Position numbers and translations under genes: made by a program. Positions 14,577 to 31,495 of a stretch of 64,000 nt of DNA are shown piece after piece. How positions within the stretch are numbered: position 1 is the stretch's first letter; every line of letters starts with the position of its first letter. Source of the stretch: the human T2T-CHM13v2.0 reference genome, Homo sapiens. The stretch is taken from assembly GCF_009914755.1 (NCBI RefSeq), contig NC_060927.1, one strand, 5' to 3'. Below the pieces are notes generated by a model. The model saw only the letters and a list, made by a program, of their open reading frames with translations, was not told where the DNA came from and did not search any database.

Positions 14577-15877
14577 GTAGGTTACAATGACAAGGTATTC
14601 TGATAGCTAAAAGCAACCAGTCCTGAAACTCCCAGTCAACAAATATGAAGCACCTGTTGAAGGTCTAGCAATGAGAAGGTGAATCATAAATGAGATGTTA
14701 AGTAAAAACATAACCGCTTTCTTTGTATGACTTGTTCCTGTTCCTGTGTTCCAAGTCCATGTAGAAATGCTGGTGGAGGTGCCAAGAACAATATATTAAC
14801 AAAAAGTTTTTTCTCATTGTCTATACCCCACTGATTGATATAAGGGATTGATTTATTGTGAAGGTTTATTATGAATGGTTTACAGTGAATGGTGATTTGT
14901 TTATTTATCATGGTAATTTATTGTGAATGGTGATTTTTTTCTTTTTTAAGTTTTTCTAGAAACTCTACTTTTATTGTCAGAGAATGCCCATGGTAAAGTT
15001 GACAATCTTAGGTTACTGTAGTTATATCATGGGAAAGAGCCTTGATCTAGTTCTGCTGCTAAATAGCTTTGTGGCCATATCCATAAGTCAACCTCTGCAT
15101 CTCAGCTTCTTTTTTTTTCTTTCCTAATGTTATTGGAATGAGAAAGTTGGACAAAGATTTGTATCTTTTCTAGTGCTAACATTTTTTGATTTTGTAATAA
15201 AATTGTCAAGAAATATGCTTTGACTTGTTTCTGTTCTGTAGGTAGTGCTGCATGAATATTTAAAACCAATAAATGATTGAATACCAGTGGAACAGGATGT
15301 ACTGCAAGGTGTACATGCCTGTAAATACTGTGTAGGCGGTGGTTAGTGGGAAGCATTTCCATGTAGGAAGGCTATTCAGAAAGGTGGGACATTAATCACT
15401 TCCAGAATGATAGTAGTTACTAAATTTCTTCAAAAGTTGTATCATGGTTCTTTTACTATATTTGGAATTAATGTGAGACCATTATACACTTAAATGTATT
15501 GTGATGGATTTAGCTCCAAGTAAGGGATAAGCAAAGCAATATTACTGTGGCTAAACTTGAAAGGAATAATTCTAACATTATTTCCTCAGCGTTGCAACTT
15601 GCAAAAAGATCTTGATTCATGAAAACCCCTGTCACCCAAACACTTGGTTAAGTTTTATCAAAAAATGAACCAGCAGGGGACAAAATACAGAGTTTCAAGA
15701 CATTTTATTAGACATCTCGGTATGTGAAAAAATAATTCTTCCAGGTGCTATGCCTTTATTGAGTTAATTAGCTAAAAACATAAACATTAAACATAAAAAT
15801 TTAAAAAAATACCACGTAAAAATTTCTTAAGAAAGTTTCATGGAAATTTGAATCTAAATTATTAGCATAGTTGCTAC

Positions 15878-16056
15878 TAAAAATTATTAATAATTATATT
15901 ACCATAATTATTAATTATATTAGTATTTATAATTATATTAGTATAATTATTAATTTTATTAGTGTTAATATAACTATTATAATAGTATTAATGATTATAA
16001 TATGATTGTTAATTATAATAGTATTAATATAATTATAATAATTATATAATTAATCA
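15878..16056. repeat. AT-rich low-complexity tract of (TAATTA/ATTAT)n type
   Basis: About 180 bp almost entirely A/T, built from reiterated taattat/ataatagtattaat units. Confidence 0.9.
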
Positions 16057-19000
16057 TACAAGACTTCAAAAATTGACTGTTAAAGACAGGATTTTAACTA
16101 TATAGGGCCTGTGGAAAATTTGAAATCAATTACAGTAACCTACATGATTTTAAATATTTCATTAGATTTCCATAGCGTAACAGTAATTAACAGTAAAACT
16201 TTCCCATTAAATAGCCTTACATTTTTCATAGTCATGCTTATATAGTAAAATAAATAATTATCTGAAACCTCATAGGGAAATGCATAAGCTTCCTATAATT
16301 AAATACTTGAGTTTGTTTTAGATTGCTGTTTTTGGATAACATGCAGCCTGTCCCCAGAATATTGTTTGTTTTTTCTTAAAAACTCCTAATTTACAAACCC
16401 AATAGGTGGCCACTTTTAAGAAAAGGAAGTATTAGTTTCATACAGGAAATCCCTTACTAATTACTTAATTAGGTTCACAATATTTGCCAATGTGGCACTA
16501 AAATGAAATCTGTTAAGGTAGCCCAGTGCAGTCTAAGTGTGGAGACTATAACTGGATGTTCCACGTTATAATTTGCCTTGTTTGTAGTTGCTGTTAGGAA
16601 ATGTTGCCTCATTTCTACTGCAAAGTGTAGAAGATTCGGCTACTTTCAAAATTATTACACAATTGATCTCTAGTCGTAAGTGATTCCTACTTGTTTCATC
16701 TTACTTTCTAAATGGTTTTGCAGTTACGTTAAAGGGCAGGTAATTGTGCTGGTGCTTTTTGTGTTAATATTGCAGCCTTAACTGGAATGTTAGTTCAGTG
16801 AACAAATACTTAATAAGTGCCTTCAATTTAACCAGGTTTTGTGATAGTTGCTAGTGATACAAGGCTGTTGATAAATATGGTCTGTTTTTCAAGGCTCCCC
16901 CAACACACAATCATTTTTAAAACTCTTTTTAGATGTGTAACGTTTAAATTTTAAACCTCAAATTTTAGACGTTGTCCATTAGGGTGCAAGACAGATTCTT
17001 TCAGCATAGTGTGTGGATGTGGATGTGAATGCTTAGGTGGTATTTGCCAGTATCTGTCCTGCCATTATCAGTTGAGTGAGAAATGTTTCCTTTTTCTTGT
17101 TGTTTTTAAAAGAAGTATATTTTAAAAGCAAGAGTGAGTAATAATACAATTTTGAAAGGATTGTTTGTTTACCTGTTCATGAAAATTTCCTCTGACCCCT
17201 TTCCTTCCTCCTGATTATCTTATTGCATCTGGTAAGACAAAGCACCTGTTCTGGGATTTGTTTTTAGTTTCTTAAATTATTGCCCAGTGCTAATTTGCAT
17301 TGCTGGAAAAAAAGGCTGATTGCACATTTTGTGTTCTCTGATGAACCTTACTAGAGCAATAATTCATTAGTAAATTTTAAAAGACTATTCTAAGAATACA
17401 ACCTGGGTTGCTTTCTTAAATTCAGTAATGTACATGATGTGCAATGTTGTGGATGTTCACAGGTTCTAATTTTTGAATGTGTGACTGCCCGTTAGGAGAT
17501 ACAAAACAATTATATCTTTCCTTTTAACATCTTCATGTATGTGCTCTTACAGGAATACAAATCTCTGCATTTTTGCCTGCAATACTGCTGGAACCTTCTA
17601 TTTGTCATTTAAACTAATTATCATAATGAATTGAGGATAAATTGAGAGGATCACACATCTTGAACTTCAGCTAGAACAGAGTACAAAGAGGAGGGGAGGA
17701 TTTGGAAAGCTTAAACAATTTGAATGACCTTTATCATACCCACTGTTTTAGCATCAGAGGCATGAGGCAGAATGTGTGCATTTATTGATTGATTGGTCCT
17801 TTTTGTGCTTAGCATATAAAGTAAGCACCAACCTGTAAAGTGAGTTATGATTATTCCCATTCTTCAGAGCAGGAATCTAAGGCTCTGAAGGAGTTAGTGT
17901 CTTGACCAACCATACATTCAGTATACAGTGGAGCTGGGTTATTCTTTCCCATTTGACTCCTGTGTGTTCTTCTAATACGTATAGCAACCTACCCACTTTA
18001 GATGCCTGAAAGAGAAGTATATTTGGGTAATTATGGCAAGAATGATAACAATAAAATGTCATGAGTCTTACAGGAAGAATCTGCTTGTGCTGGGGAGGGA
18101 AGTGGGTGGAAGTGGATCAGGAAAGCCTTTATAAAGTAGGCAGAATTTGGCCTGGGTTTTTGTATAAGGATTCAGAGAGAAGGAAAAGGGTAAGAGTAGA
18201 AGTGGGAAACTGAAATCAATTTCAGGAACCAGATAGTTTGTTTCACCTGGAGCCTAGGTTATACATAGAAGAGTAACAGAAAATGATGATACAAAGGTAA
18301 ATAAGGCAAAAACCACGAGAGACCAGACTTAAAAGTTTGGAGGTTCAGCTGTATGCCAATAAAACAGCTATGGAATTAAATGTAATAAAATGCAACTTGA
18401 AGGTGAACTATAATGGCCCTTTGAAAGTGTTGGTATCTATTTTTGTCAATACTCTGGGAAAGGTTTTCACTGCCACAAAACTCCATGGGTTTTTTATTGA
18501 CTAGTTCTTTCATATTTCTTCAAGACAAAATGAATCTATTTTTGATTATTTATTTTCAGCTGGGATAATTTTTGTAAAGACCATTCATTCCCTTATTTTG
18601 GGTTCATCAGATATGGACTCTTTTCCAAAGAAAATACTCTCTCATTTACTCTTCTGTTATAATCTGGAGAACTTTTCTTAACTGTTATGCATCATGCTTA
18701 ACAAATAGTATAATTTGTATTCTTGCAAGCATGCTATATAGCACTTTGCCTACTATTAGAGTAGCACCTCATTTATCCAGCATTCTGAGAAACAGCTGCT
18801 ATACCTAAGTGATTTCCACATAGATGAAACTTTACTCTTCTTTTAAAAACTTTTATTTTATATATTTATCCTAGAAATTTCATTAAAATTTTGTTTACAT
18901 ACTTTCTCAAAGCATTCAGAACATCTTTTGACTGTTTTTTGAAACCTTTAACACACTATTTCCACAGGAATCACTTTATGATCTGTGACTTTGTGAGACT

Positions 19001-21127
19001 TTTGTGAATAATGTTTTGTCTATATAGTAATTCTCAACTATTTTATTCCTTGAATTTCCTCTCTGCTTTTCCATAGTTGTTTTGTTTTTTGTTTTGTTTT
19101 GTTTTTTTTGCAGGGGTTGGGGGTTCCACCCTCAGCTAGCACTTGCCATTTCTCTCCTCCGTCAGCCCCTTTTGGCTACTTCTAATCAAATGGCTTACAC
19201 TTTTTGAGTATGGTTTAATTAGGGGCCCCACCACATTTGTGGAATATAGATAGTAAACCTAAAGATGTGTGGTTTGTGTTTCACAACATTCCTTGCTTCT
19301 GAGACCTTTTCCATTCCTGTGTTCCAGATATTAGAACTTTCTTACTGTGTTTAAAGAAATATTCAGATGTTTGCTTTTGGAATGATAATAACTTTGTGAA
19401 TATTGCTGTATCATGTCCAGGTTCTTTTATAAACATTTAAATGTTTATAAACTCATTTTATTAAGTTAAATTATTAAATTCTAACTCATTTAACCTCCCT
19501 TCTCATACTGTTTTGAATTGCCACATCTGTAAAATGGCAATTAAGATGCCTGCCCTCACAGAGTTTATGTAAGATACAAATAAGGAAATATATGTACAAG
19601 CATTACATAAAGTTTAAAACTCTATACAAATGTTGGTTTTAGGGTTATTTCTGATAAGCAGCTTTATGTTGGTTTCTGTTTCATACTTCTCTATCTAAAT
19701 GATTATTATTTTTATTATGAACTGTTAATACATTGAAGGGCTACTAAAATGCAAAATCAGTCTTTGAAACACAAAAATGAACAAAACTAAAAATATCATT
19801 TGCCCAATTTGGCCAATACTGTCCAGTGTTATTAATAGCCTCTAGCAACATAGATGTTAATTAAGTGAACTATTTGATTTTGAAATATTAGTCCATTTGC
19901 CAATTGTTAAGTAAACACTTGTATTTAAATATTCAAATAAATTTATAAAGACTATAAAAACTCCATAACTAGGGAATAATAAATTGAGAATTTAAACTGC
20001 GTCTCTCAAAACTCATTTTGGTATTTGGTTTCAGATGTTAATTTTTAGATTGACAGATCTTAGTAGACAGATCACTGTCCACCTTTTTAAAAGTAGTAAA
20101 ATTATATTTTTAAATAAATTCTGAAATTTCAGCTTTTAAAATTAGTGCACACTGATTAAACTGACTCTTCTGGTAATTACTCAAATTAAAGAGTAAAATT
20201 ATACTTGTAAAAAAACTACTATTGCCATAATAATTTTCGCCCTTATAGCCAAATGAAGTAGCCAGTTTCCTTGCTTTCAAATTTTCATTTATGACATTTC
20301 CACAACACAACAAGCAAATAATTTCCTGGTCACATATTCAAACCACTTTTTCAAGTGTATAATTTCTGTTGGAGTGGCTTTATTATGAAAGTTTTGCAGG
20401 TTTAATGTAGAACTTAAAATATTGTTCAGTCAAACCATAAATTTAATTCAATTTTCTGTCAGTGAAATAGTCTAATTTTTTTTCTGTTAAAAACAGCTAG
20501 CAAGAATAATTCAGATCAGATAATGCATTGAGTTATATTATCCTAACGATAATTTTTAAATTTTTATGAAGGAAAGGTCCTCAAACTAAGGAAGTAACAG
20601 ATTAGTACCACTTATCAGATAATTCCTTCTCTTCTTCCACCCTTGTATAATGTAATTTCTGCTCGTGGATGGGAAGAGAAACAGCTGTCTCAGAATTTAT
20701 TATGCTAGATATTCACTTAGCCCTCTATTGCATATATGATTATACAGTAAAACATTTGTTATATCTCTTTCTAAAAAATCCAATAATTTTCTAGTTTAAT
20801 CTCTTTTTCACAATTTTGGTAGATGATACTTCATATATTTGCACCAGAGTCGTCTATCTTTATTAATTATACAGACATTCTCTGGGTCCCTCCTGACTGA
20901 ATCTCACTAGGGTTGCCACTTCTCTTTCACCCTATTGAAAAGATCTAGACTGTAATAATAACTGGAAATACTAGTGGACTTTTAGATAGCACCTCCTCCC
21001 AGTTAAAAACAGGCAAACGGAGAACAGTTGGTAAGTCTATCTTTTATTAAAATTAAAGTGCTTTTGTTCATCAAATTTGCATTTTTTTGTAAATGATCTG
21101 GAAAAGTAATGTTGAGACTCCATTTTT

Positions 21128-23309
<2,182 letters not shown>

Positions 23310-26300
23310 TCACATAAAAATGCCCTTGTCAAATATTAAGTAGACAAAATACTGTGACAAAGGGTATTTGATGCCAATGCTAAATAACAGTAAAATCAGT
23401 AGCAGGATTTCTAATGTATTATTCTTGCTACGGAAACATGGTAGTGGATAGGGCCTGAGGGAAGGGATCCAGCATTTACCAAGCACCACATGTAAGTCAG
23501 GAACTATGTGTCTACTGCAAAGTAGGATTCCCTTACCTCATCTAATTGGTTGGAAATTTGCAGAAATAAATTGGAAGCCATGAGGTGAATTTTCATTTAA
23601 TGGGAGAATTTTGAAAATCAGTATTTTTAACAAAAATGTTGTTATCTGAGAGAGTCTTCCATTGAAATCTTAGGAGCAATAGCTTTTCTGATGTTTTCGG
23701 AGGATAAGTGAGCTTCTCCTCCCACCATCAGTATGAACAGTCTGGCCTTGGATATCTGGGGCCTGTCTCTTAGGCCTTTTCAGTCCTGTAATGAGGGATT
23801 TTGCCTACATGATTGAACGGCATGCTAATAAGTTCACTCAGCTGTTCGCTTCAGAGGAGTATACAGAGTCTTCCCCCATTTGTCCCTTACCCAGCCTTCT
23901 CCTAATAATCTCATCACAACAAATGATTAAGCCTTTCTACTATTGTCTTTTAGCTAAATCAGAGCGAGTGATTGATGAAGTGCCAACTTCCGAGAACAGA
24001 TAGACATCCTCATACCCTGAGGCTCTTCCCACCTCCACCCTCCCTTGATGCTCATATACTGCTTGTGTTAACTTGTGTTTTTACATGAATTGATGGCATC
24101 TCTATCTAAACTTTAAACTCCTTAAGGACAAAGACTGTGTGTTATTCTGTTCTCTATCTCTCACGTTCTTAACTCTTCCACTCAATTTATACTTGATGGA
24201 ACTAATGAACGTGGTTTTGAACATCTACATTGAGTTTAAGAATCTGCAAGAATAATATTGTGATACAGTTACAGAGTGTTGACCCTCATAGTAAATTCTG
24301 TTATTGTTTTCCATAAAACCCCACGTATTCCCGGCCTTTCTCTTGCTCTCTGTTACTCCACTCATATAGGTAGTTAGCCCTTTTGCAGATCCATTGTGAA
24401 AGCATTTTTCCTGCCCGAGCCAGGGGAAGCCATGGTCCAGCTTTATGGACCATGTGTAAAAAGAAATAATGTATTTATGTAGTAAACTGTGGACTGTAAG
24501 CAATATGAAGACAGGGACTCTATCTAATTCATACTCTTCTCTCTCCCCAATGTCTGGCAAGTTTCTGTCATCTAGTCAGTGCTCACAGAATATTTGAGAT
24601 GTGGATAGGTGAGTGGAATACATGCAAGAGAAATTAGGATGTGGTGATTATAACTGCTCTATGTGATTTTCAGCACCAGCTCCCCATTGTAAATTAGTTT
24701 AAGCTGGACTCTATTGGTATGATTGGTGCTTTAAAATTGGTTGATGCTGGCAATCATTCTGGTGACACCTGTCTAGCATTTTTCACAATTATGACTTTCT
24801 TCTTAAAAATTTTAAACTACCCCCCCCAAAAAAAATAGATAATTTTATTTCTCATGACAAATATGTTAATCAATTTGTTTGAAAGTCTTTTGACACTTTA
24901 TAAAGTGGTGACCTTTGTTCAAGTGACTGTTCATCTGACAAACCCGGCCCGTGTGCTTTTACTGGGACACGATAATGATGCATGTGTCTGCTACTTCCAT
25001 TTTCACCTCACCCTACCATTTGTCACTTTCCACTTCCAGACAGCAGGCAAAGCTATTTGTCTGCCTCAGCTTAATATGTAAATCCCTCATGCACATGAAT
25101 GCACTGTGGTAGTGTGTCTCTTGTATCACAGTTGATACCTCCTAACACGTTCTGCTTTTTGATGGTGAATTCTAGTTTGGCCTTGTGTCCAACTTTAATT
25201 ATTTTTGTAAGAAAAATGGGACTGTATTCTACAGTTTTTTATGCTTACCTTCCTTCTACATGTATCCATGTATCAATAGGCATATATATCTTACAGGTAA
25301 AAAAATGGATTATTCAGAAACTTTGAGTTAAGATAATGTGAAATAATTCTACACCATTGTCAATTAACATTGCATAATTATCTATATTACAGTTTTCATT
25401 TATATGATTTAAAGGGAAATGATAGAAAAAAAGTATATCCTTGGTATAAGGAAAGTATATAGCAAGGATAAAGGACCTTTTTCAAACTATTGGGTAAAAT
25501 TAAAAGCTGTTTGGAAGTTATAGTTAGTTCATGTCACACATTAAGTTACCATTTTAAAAGGCAAGCTTATGGGATTGAATGAATATTAATTTAATAAAAT
25601 GTCTAGCAATAATAAAAATTGAAGAATATGTGGAAAATACATTCTTAACAGATAACTTTTGGAAATATGTAACGAATAGCAATAAATGTATTTTGTTTCA
25701 CGTTATTGTCATGCAAGAGATAAGAGGTAGCAGAATTGAGAGAAACGGTAACAGGAGCAAGCCACAGAAAAATGAAGGAGAAAGATGTTGTCAGTGAAGG
25801 TTGAAACCTCCAAGTAAGACAAAATTTGTGATGGATTATTGCAACATCACATATCAGTGCTCTTAGAGCTTATTTATCCATTCAGTTATGTATGCTCATT
25901 ACAGACCCCTGGCATGGTGGCAAGTGTGGTTACACTTTATAAGTAGAGGAATTGAGGCTGAGAAAGGTTTAACAACTTGCTTAATGTCTACAGCTAGCTA
26001 AAGATATGAGTGATGTGCTATGCACCACTGCTTCCAATAACCCTAGGCACTGGTGGTATTATTCTCAGTTTATGGAATCTAAGGTTGAGGCCCAGAGAAG
26101 CTACCTTCTCTTGGTTACTGTAGCCCTAAGTGGAAGTTTGAGGGTTTGAACCTGCTTCTGTCTCCAGAGCCCTAGGCTCATTCCATTATAAACAACTCCC
26201 TTTCCCCACCGAGGTCAGAAAGCTTTTTGGATACTATTTTTTAAAATTGAGGATTAAATAACACAAAGTATACAGCTTCTGAATCCTTATCCCACAAATG

Positions 26301-26491
26301 GATTAGATAACTCCATGTCCTATCTCTAGAACCCTATGCTGAGATTGTCATTCTTCTACAAGGAGAGCCACAGAAGTCACTGAAATTGTTTTTCTCACTT
26401 GGTATCTAAATAGGGGAATGGGGTGACAGCCTTTAGAACTTTTTCAATCTATTTGTTAATTAAAATCTGCTGTCTGTCGTTTTATTTATAG

Positions 26492-26687
26492 TATAAGGAT
26501 GCATTTATGAAAGCAAATCCTGGCTACAAATGGTGTCCTACCACAAACAAGCCTGTGAAATCCCCAACACCCACTGTCAATCCACGAAAGAAACTTTGGG
26601 CCTTCCCATCTGACTCTTCAAGAGACTTGCCAAGCCCCAAGAAAGCAAAGACTGAAGAAATGCCTCAGCTTAACTTTGGAATGGCTG
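26492..26687 (+). CDS. BBX: BBX coding exon 3: end of the HMG box (YKDAFMKANPGYKW) and basic/Pro-Ser-rich linker
   Basis: ttatAG|TAT acceptor and CTG|GTGAGT donor; 196 nt, phase 0-1; continues the frame of the previous exon. Confidence 0.96.
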
Positions 26688-27665
26688 GTGAGTTGAGACA
26701 CTATTTCCACCTATTCTTTAAGGACAGGGCAATACATTTCGGCAGCATTTTAAACAATACTGAGGGCGGGGGGACAAAATTTATAACCAATATTAAGCAG
26801 TGGCAAAGATATAGCATATTTTCAAGCATTGGATCATGATATATATAGAATACAGGTAATTTAAAAAAGGATATATGGCCTCAGTGGTAGTGTCATTATA
26901 AATATATGTGAATTCCTGACATTGACAGTATGGAAAAGTAGACAGCAACATGGAGATTGTCAGAAGCTTAGGAAATTTTATGTTCACAAAATAGCTTACA
27001 CACACACATACACACTAGTAAGCCATCCCAGGATGCACCTTAGTTATCATGCTACTTAAACAGCCACAGTCATGTAGATCATCTGGGTGTTGGAAACATT
27101 GAGGGCAAGAATATGAACAAGTACATCACAAATCTGAGATTGGACCTGATAGCTGTGTCTTAGAGAGAATTCCCATCCTGTCTGTCTCCTCTCATGTCCA
27201 TTCTTGTATGGGACAGACAAATTTAAAATTCCAGATGGTGCCATTTGTTATGGGACCTTTAGTACTCTTTGGGTGGTAAGGTATGCTAAATCATTTATTA
27301 CCATGAAATAAAGTACTTATATTCACCCTACAAGTGGGCTCTGTCTTTCTTAGCTATTACAGTGCAGTAATCAAAAGATGAGTTTGCCAGATGAAATTAG
27401 CAGATTGAGCAGGAGAAAGGCAGTGAAGTTGCAATTGAGCTACAGGGTTCCTATTTTGGTATTAGAAGCAAATTTTCTTCCAAAGCAGAGTATTGAACTA
27501 TTTGCATATGGAAAGGTTGGGAAAAGAGGTTGAGTGATACTGTGATAACACTTTTTTTTTGAATAACCAATAAATTTAACGAGACTTTATGATTCAGTGT
27601 GTGATTCATACCATGTAAAGTATGTGGCAGTATTCTATATAATCTACAAAAAATATTATTTTAAT

Positions 27666-27819
27666 CAGTCCTGTATGGTGGCATGTGCCTATAGTCCTGG
27701 CTACTTGGGAGGCTGAGATGGGAGGATCACTTGAGTCCAGGAGTTCGAGGCTGCAGTGAGCTGTGACCTCACGACTGCACTCCATCCTGGGCGACAGAGC
27801 AACACCCTGCCTCTAAAAA
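27666..27819 (+). mobile_element. Alu right monomer (FRAM/AluJ-like)
   Basis: ggtggcatgtgcctatagtcc...gaggctgcagtgagctg...cctgggcgacagagcaa followed by an A tract. Confidence 0.85.
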
Positions 27820-29754
27820 ATGAAGTCTAACATAATGGCAGCATTCTAGGGCGGAAAAAAGGATTCAGGTGATTGCTATGTGGGTGTCTGTAGTGTAATT
27901 CTAAGTAAGCTCCCAAAATGATGCTTCTACATGTCCCAGAAGAATCAGACATAGTTATTTGTCCTTGCTTTAGCTGTCAATTTTGTACAATTTTAGCTTC
28001 AAATCATTTGTTATTAGATAGTCTTGGTGAGTTTTCTGGACTTCCCAGGTTATATCAGTTGGAGTACTTTCTAACATATCTTATTATCAGAACCCAGAAA
28101 GAGTATATAGATAACTGACTTCCAGCTGATTTTCTTTGGTCATCATGTAACATCCATTGCTTTTTCTCCCAATTCTCAGTCTAGATCCAGGGTATGTAGT
28201 TTGTTGTTGTTGTTGTTGGCTTTTTTTTTTTTTTGCATACATCTGCTCTTCACAAACCATATAACAATTGTAGGTGAACTGCAGAAAGCTATGAAAGATA
28301 TCTTTTTTGAAGCACCGTTTCTGACACTTTATTAATCTGCCTTTTACCTGCAAATTGAAAGTCGAACCCACACTTCAAACAAGATCTTTACAGATCGGTA
28401 TTTAAGATCAGTGTTCTCAAAAGAAAGTACAGGAAAGAAGGAAAACACCTTCCTTGCATTTATCTCATTATGTAATGGCTTGGGTTATATGTTGCAAATC
28501 CATGTTCAGAACTCTTGATAGGCTTGCATATAGTGGATAACATTGATCTGATATTTCCAGGTATGTTCCTTTTCAACAAGATGAAAGCGAACTAATTTGT
28601 CTTTAATTAAATCCTGGTGCCTAGACATCTGAATCTAGGAGATAATAGAGGGCCTCTAAATGCCAGATTGTTTACCTCAATATGGAATCTCTTTTGTTTT
28701 GCTTGCCCAGTAGTCCTTGTCACATGACATTTTGCAATTTTGAATAACCCCAAATTACCAAATGTATGATATCCAAGAAGGGAAAGCTGTGTAGATTGTA
28801 ATTTAGTGCAAGCCCTTTCATTTAATTGCACTAAAGAAAGCATCCTATGTATGTCAATATGTTTTTGATAGTTCTAAATAACTTTATGTAAGTATGAATT
28901 AATATAAAGGATATTGGTAATTTCTTGGCCTATGTTTTAGTATCTATACAGCAAACTTCTTGCAAAGTCACATTGGTATATAAATTATCACGTAATCATG
29001 TTCCTATTTTACTTTGTAATTTGAACTAACACATTTTTATCTTTAGAAAGCTATCATCCAATCCTCCTGATCTCTAGGATGACAGCTGCAAAAGTATTTC
29101 TCTTTGAAAGAACCAAACTAAACTTTTACTTTCTACTAAATTCATTTCCCTCTCTTGATTTTTAAGTAGATTTAAGTATCTATTTCAACAGCCATAGTAT
29201 TTCTTAAACTTAGCATTTAGTTGAAGTTGGAGTCTCAAAACAATACCAAAGAGCTTTGTTTCATCAAATTAGCTACTGTTTGTCTGTGTATTCTCTGTGT
29301 ATGTCTTCCTATGTGGCTGCCTTCCAATATTGAGCTATTTTTTGACCCCCTGATCTTTTGGTAACATAGTTTTTCCTCTAATAACCTCTTCCCCCAACCC
29401 CTGCCCCTTTTTTTTACTACCTCAGAACTTTTTTTGCAATTTTTTTTTTAAAACTGTCGATAACATATAGTCAAAGTTGCTTTATGAGTTCCTAAGACAG
29501 GTTGTATACAAAGATGTACTTAAGGACATATCTTCAACCCGAAAAAGAAAAGAAACAACTGAATTTCTTTGTGCAACATTTTGACTGATCCTCATTTTCA
29601 ATTGTAGATTCCTGAAATTAAATATACGTTGAGGACCTTATATGTACTAGGAGAGATGCCGAGTTAGGCATTTTTACATATGTTCTTTCATTACACTTCT
29701 GAATTTTAATTCAAGATAGACTTACAGGACACAGGTGCCTTTTCTTTGATAACT

Positions 29755-29941
29755 TCTTTGTTTTTATTTATTTTCTATTTGTTCATTTAATTTTTTAGAG
29801 ACAGGGTCCCACTCTGTCATCCAGGCCTGGGGTGCAGTGTTGCGATCTTAGCTCACTGTAGCCTCAAACTCCTGACATTAAGAGATCCTCCTGCCTTGGC
29901 CTCCCAAAGTGCTGGGATTACAGGCATGAGCCACTGTTCCC
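29755..29941 (-). mobile_element. Alu monomer (FAM/FRAM-like)
   Basis: gagacagggtcccactctgtc...gcctcccaaagtgctgggattacaggc as a single monomer. Confidence 0.82.
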
Positions 29942-30683
29942 AATTCTGCTTTCTTTATTTAGATACAACCTGGGTTATAGATCTACCACTTTGCTGTTTT
30001 TATTTTCTCTGTTTATATTGATTATTGAAATAGTGAAAACAAAGACTTTGATAACATAAAAAGCATTAATTTTATACCTTGAAGGCATTTTGGGCATGTG
30101 TTTGACACATGCCCTAAGATTTAAAATGTCAAAAACACATCAGTTAATATAAATTTATTTTTAAAACTGTAAAGAAAGGTTATTTGAATAAAACCTACCA
30201 GATTTTACAGGCCTGATTTGAAAACTTCTCTCTGTTCTCTAGTTCTCTGATAGCCTATTATTTTAAAACTAGTCCTGATTTCACATGGCAGAATTAATAA
30301 TTTGAGAATAACAATCTAAAATTTCTCAGAAGACAAACAGAAACATTCTTTTGTTTAAAAAATCTTATCTAAACTCCCTAAGCAGTAAGGAAAGAAACAT
30401 TGCATTAGGAGATAAATTAATGTTACAAACAGCAATGGTATTGAAGAAAGTGTTGTTGGAATGGTGAGACAAGAGTGGTATTCAAGAGGCTCACAAAGTA
30501 TGAGCACTAAGCACATATATGCCAGGTTACTGTTGCATAAAGAGTTTTTAAAAGTTTTTATAAAAAGTTATATGTGGTTCTGTTGGATTTCTGATTGCTA
30601 GTCTTTATGAGTATTCTTTTTGACTCTGTGGATTGTATGTACTTTATGCTTATAAGTTGGTGATTTGTTTTTGACTTATTTAG

Positions 30684-30751
30684 ATCCTACTCAAATGGGA
30701 GGCCTGAGTATGCTGCTGTTAGCTGGAGAACATGCTCTTGGCACACCAGAG
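30684..30751 (+). CDS. BBX: BBX coding exon 4 (DPTQMGGLSMLLLAGEHALGTPE)
   Basis: atttAG|AT acceptor and GAG|GTAAGC donor; 68 nt, phase 1-0, restores the frame. Confidence 0.94.
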
Positions 30752-31236
30752 GTAAGCCAGTCCTTTTCCGTCTCCACTCTGCTCATATTGTGGGTTGGGA
30801 ACACAGTTATAGTCTGTTTACGTTGTTCATTCTGCATTTTCACTGTTTACAGCTCATGAACAAACTTTATAATCTTTCTCTTTAAGATCTTTCTGTGTGT
30901 CTTGTGTGTTGAGTGTAAAAAAAAAGTGGTGTAAATAAGGCCATGAGGATGTAAACACAGGTGTTGTTTTCTGAACCTACAAGTAAGGTTGTAGTAATGC
31001 AATATATAGATCACTGGTGTTTGCATGACTCTGTCATGGTTATGTCAGTTGGGTGCTGTAATTCATTTATTCGAAACATTCTCTGCTTGGGTGATGTTCA
31101 CATGCTAGTGAAAAGATGATAGCTAAAAATTTGCAGCTGTCAGTCTCTCTGGTACCTGAATAATTCCAAACAGCTGTTTTGAAAATTAGGAAACATGGCA
31201 TTTCAGGATTGTTTTATTCTTCTTTCCCACCCCCCC

Positions 31237-31495
31237 TTGAGACAGGGTCTCACTCTGTTGCCCAGGCTGGAGTGCAGTGGCATGATCACAACCTCCCAGG
31301 CTCAGGTGATTCTCTCACCTCAGCCTTTTGGGTGGCTTGGACTACAGGCATGTGCCCCCAAGCCCAGCTAATTTTTGTATTTTGTGTAGAGACAGGGTTT
31401 TGCCATGTTGCTCAGACTGGTTTCGAACTTCAGGGCTCAAGCGTCTTAGCCTCCCAAAGTTCTGGGATCACAGATGTGAGCCACTGTGCTCAGCC
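31237..31495 (-). mobile_element. AluJ
   Basis: Diverged antisense Alu dimer with internal deletions. Confidence 0.88.
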
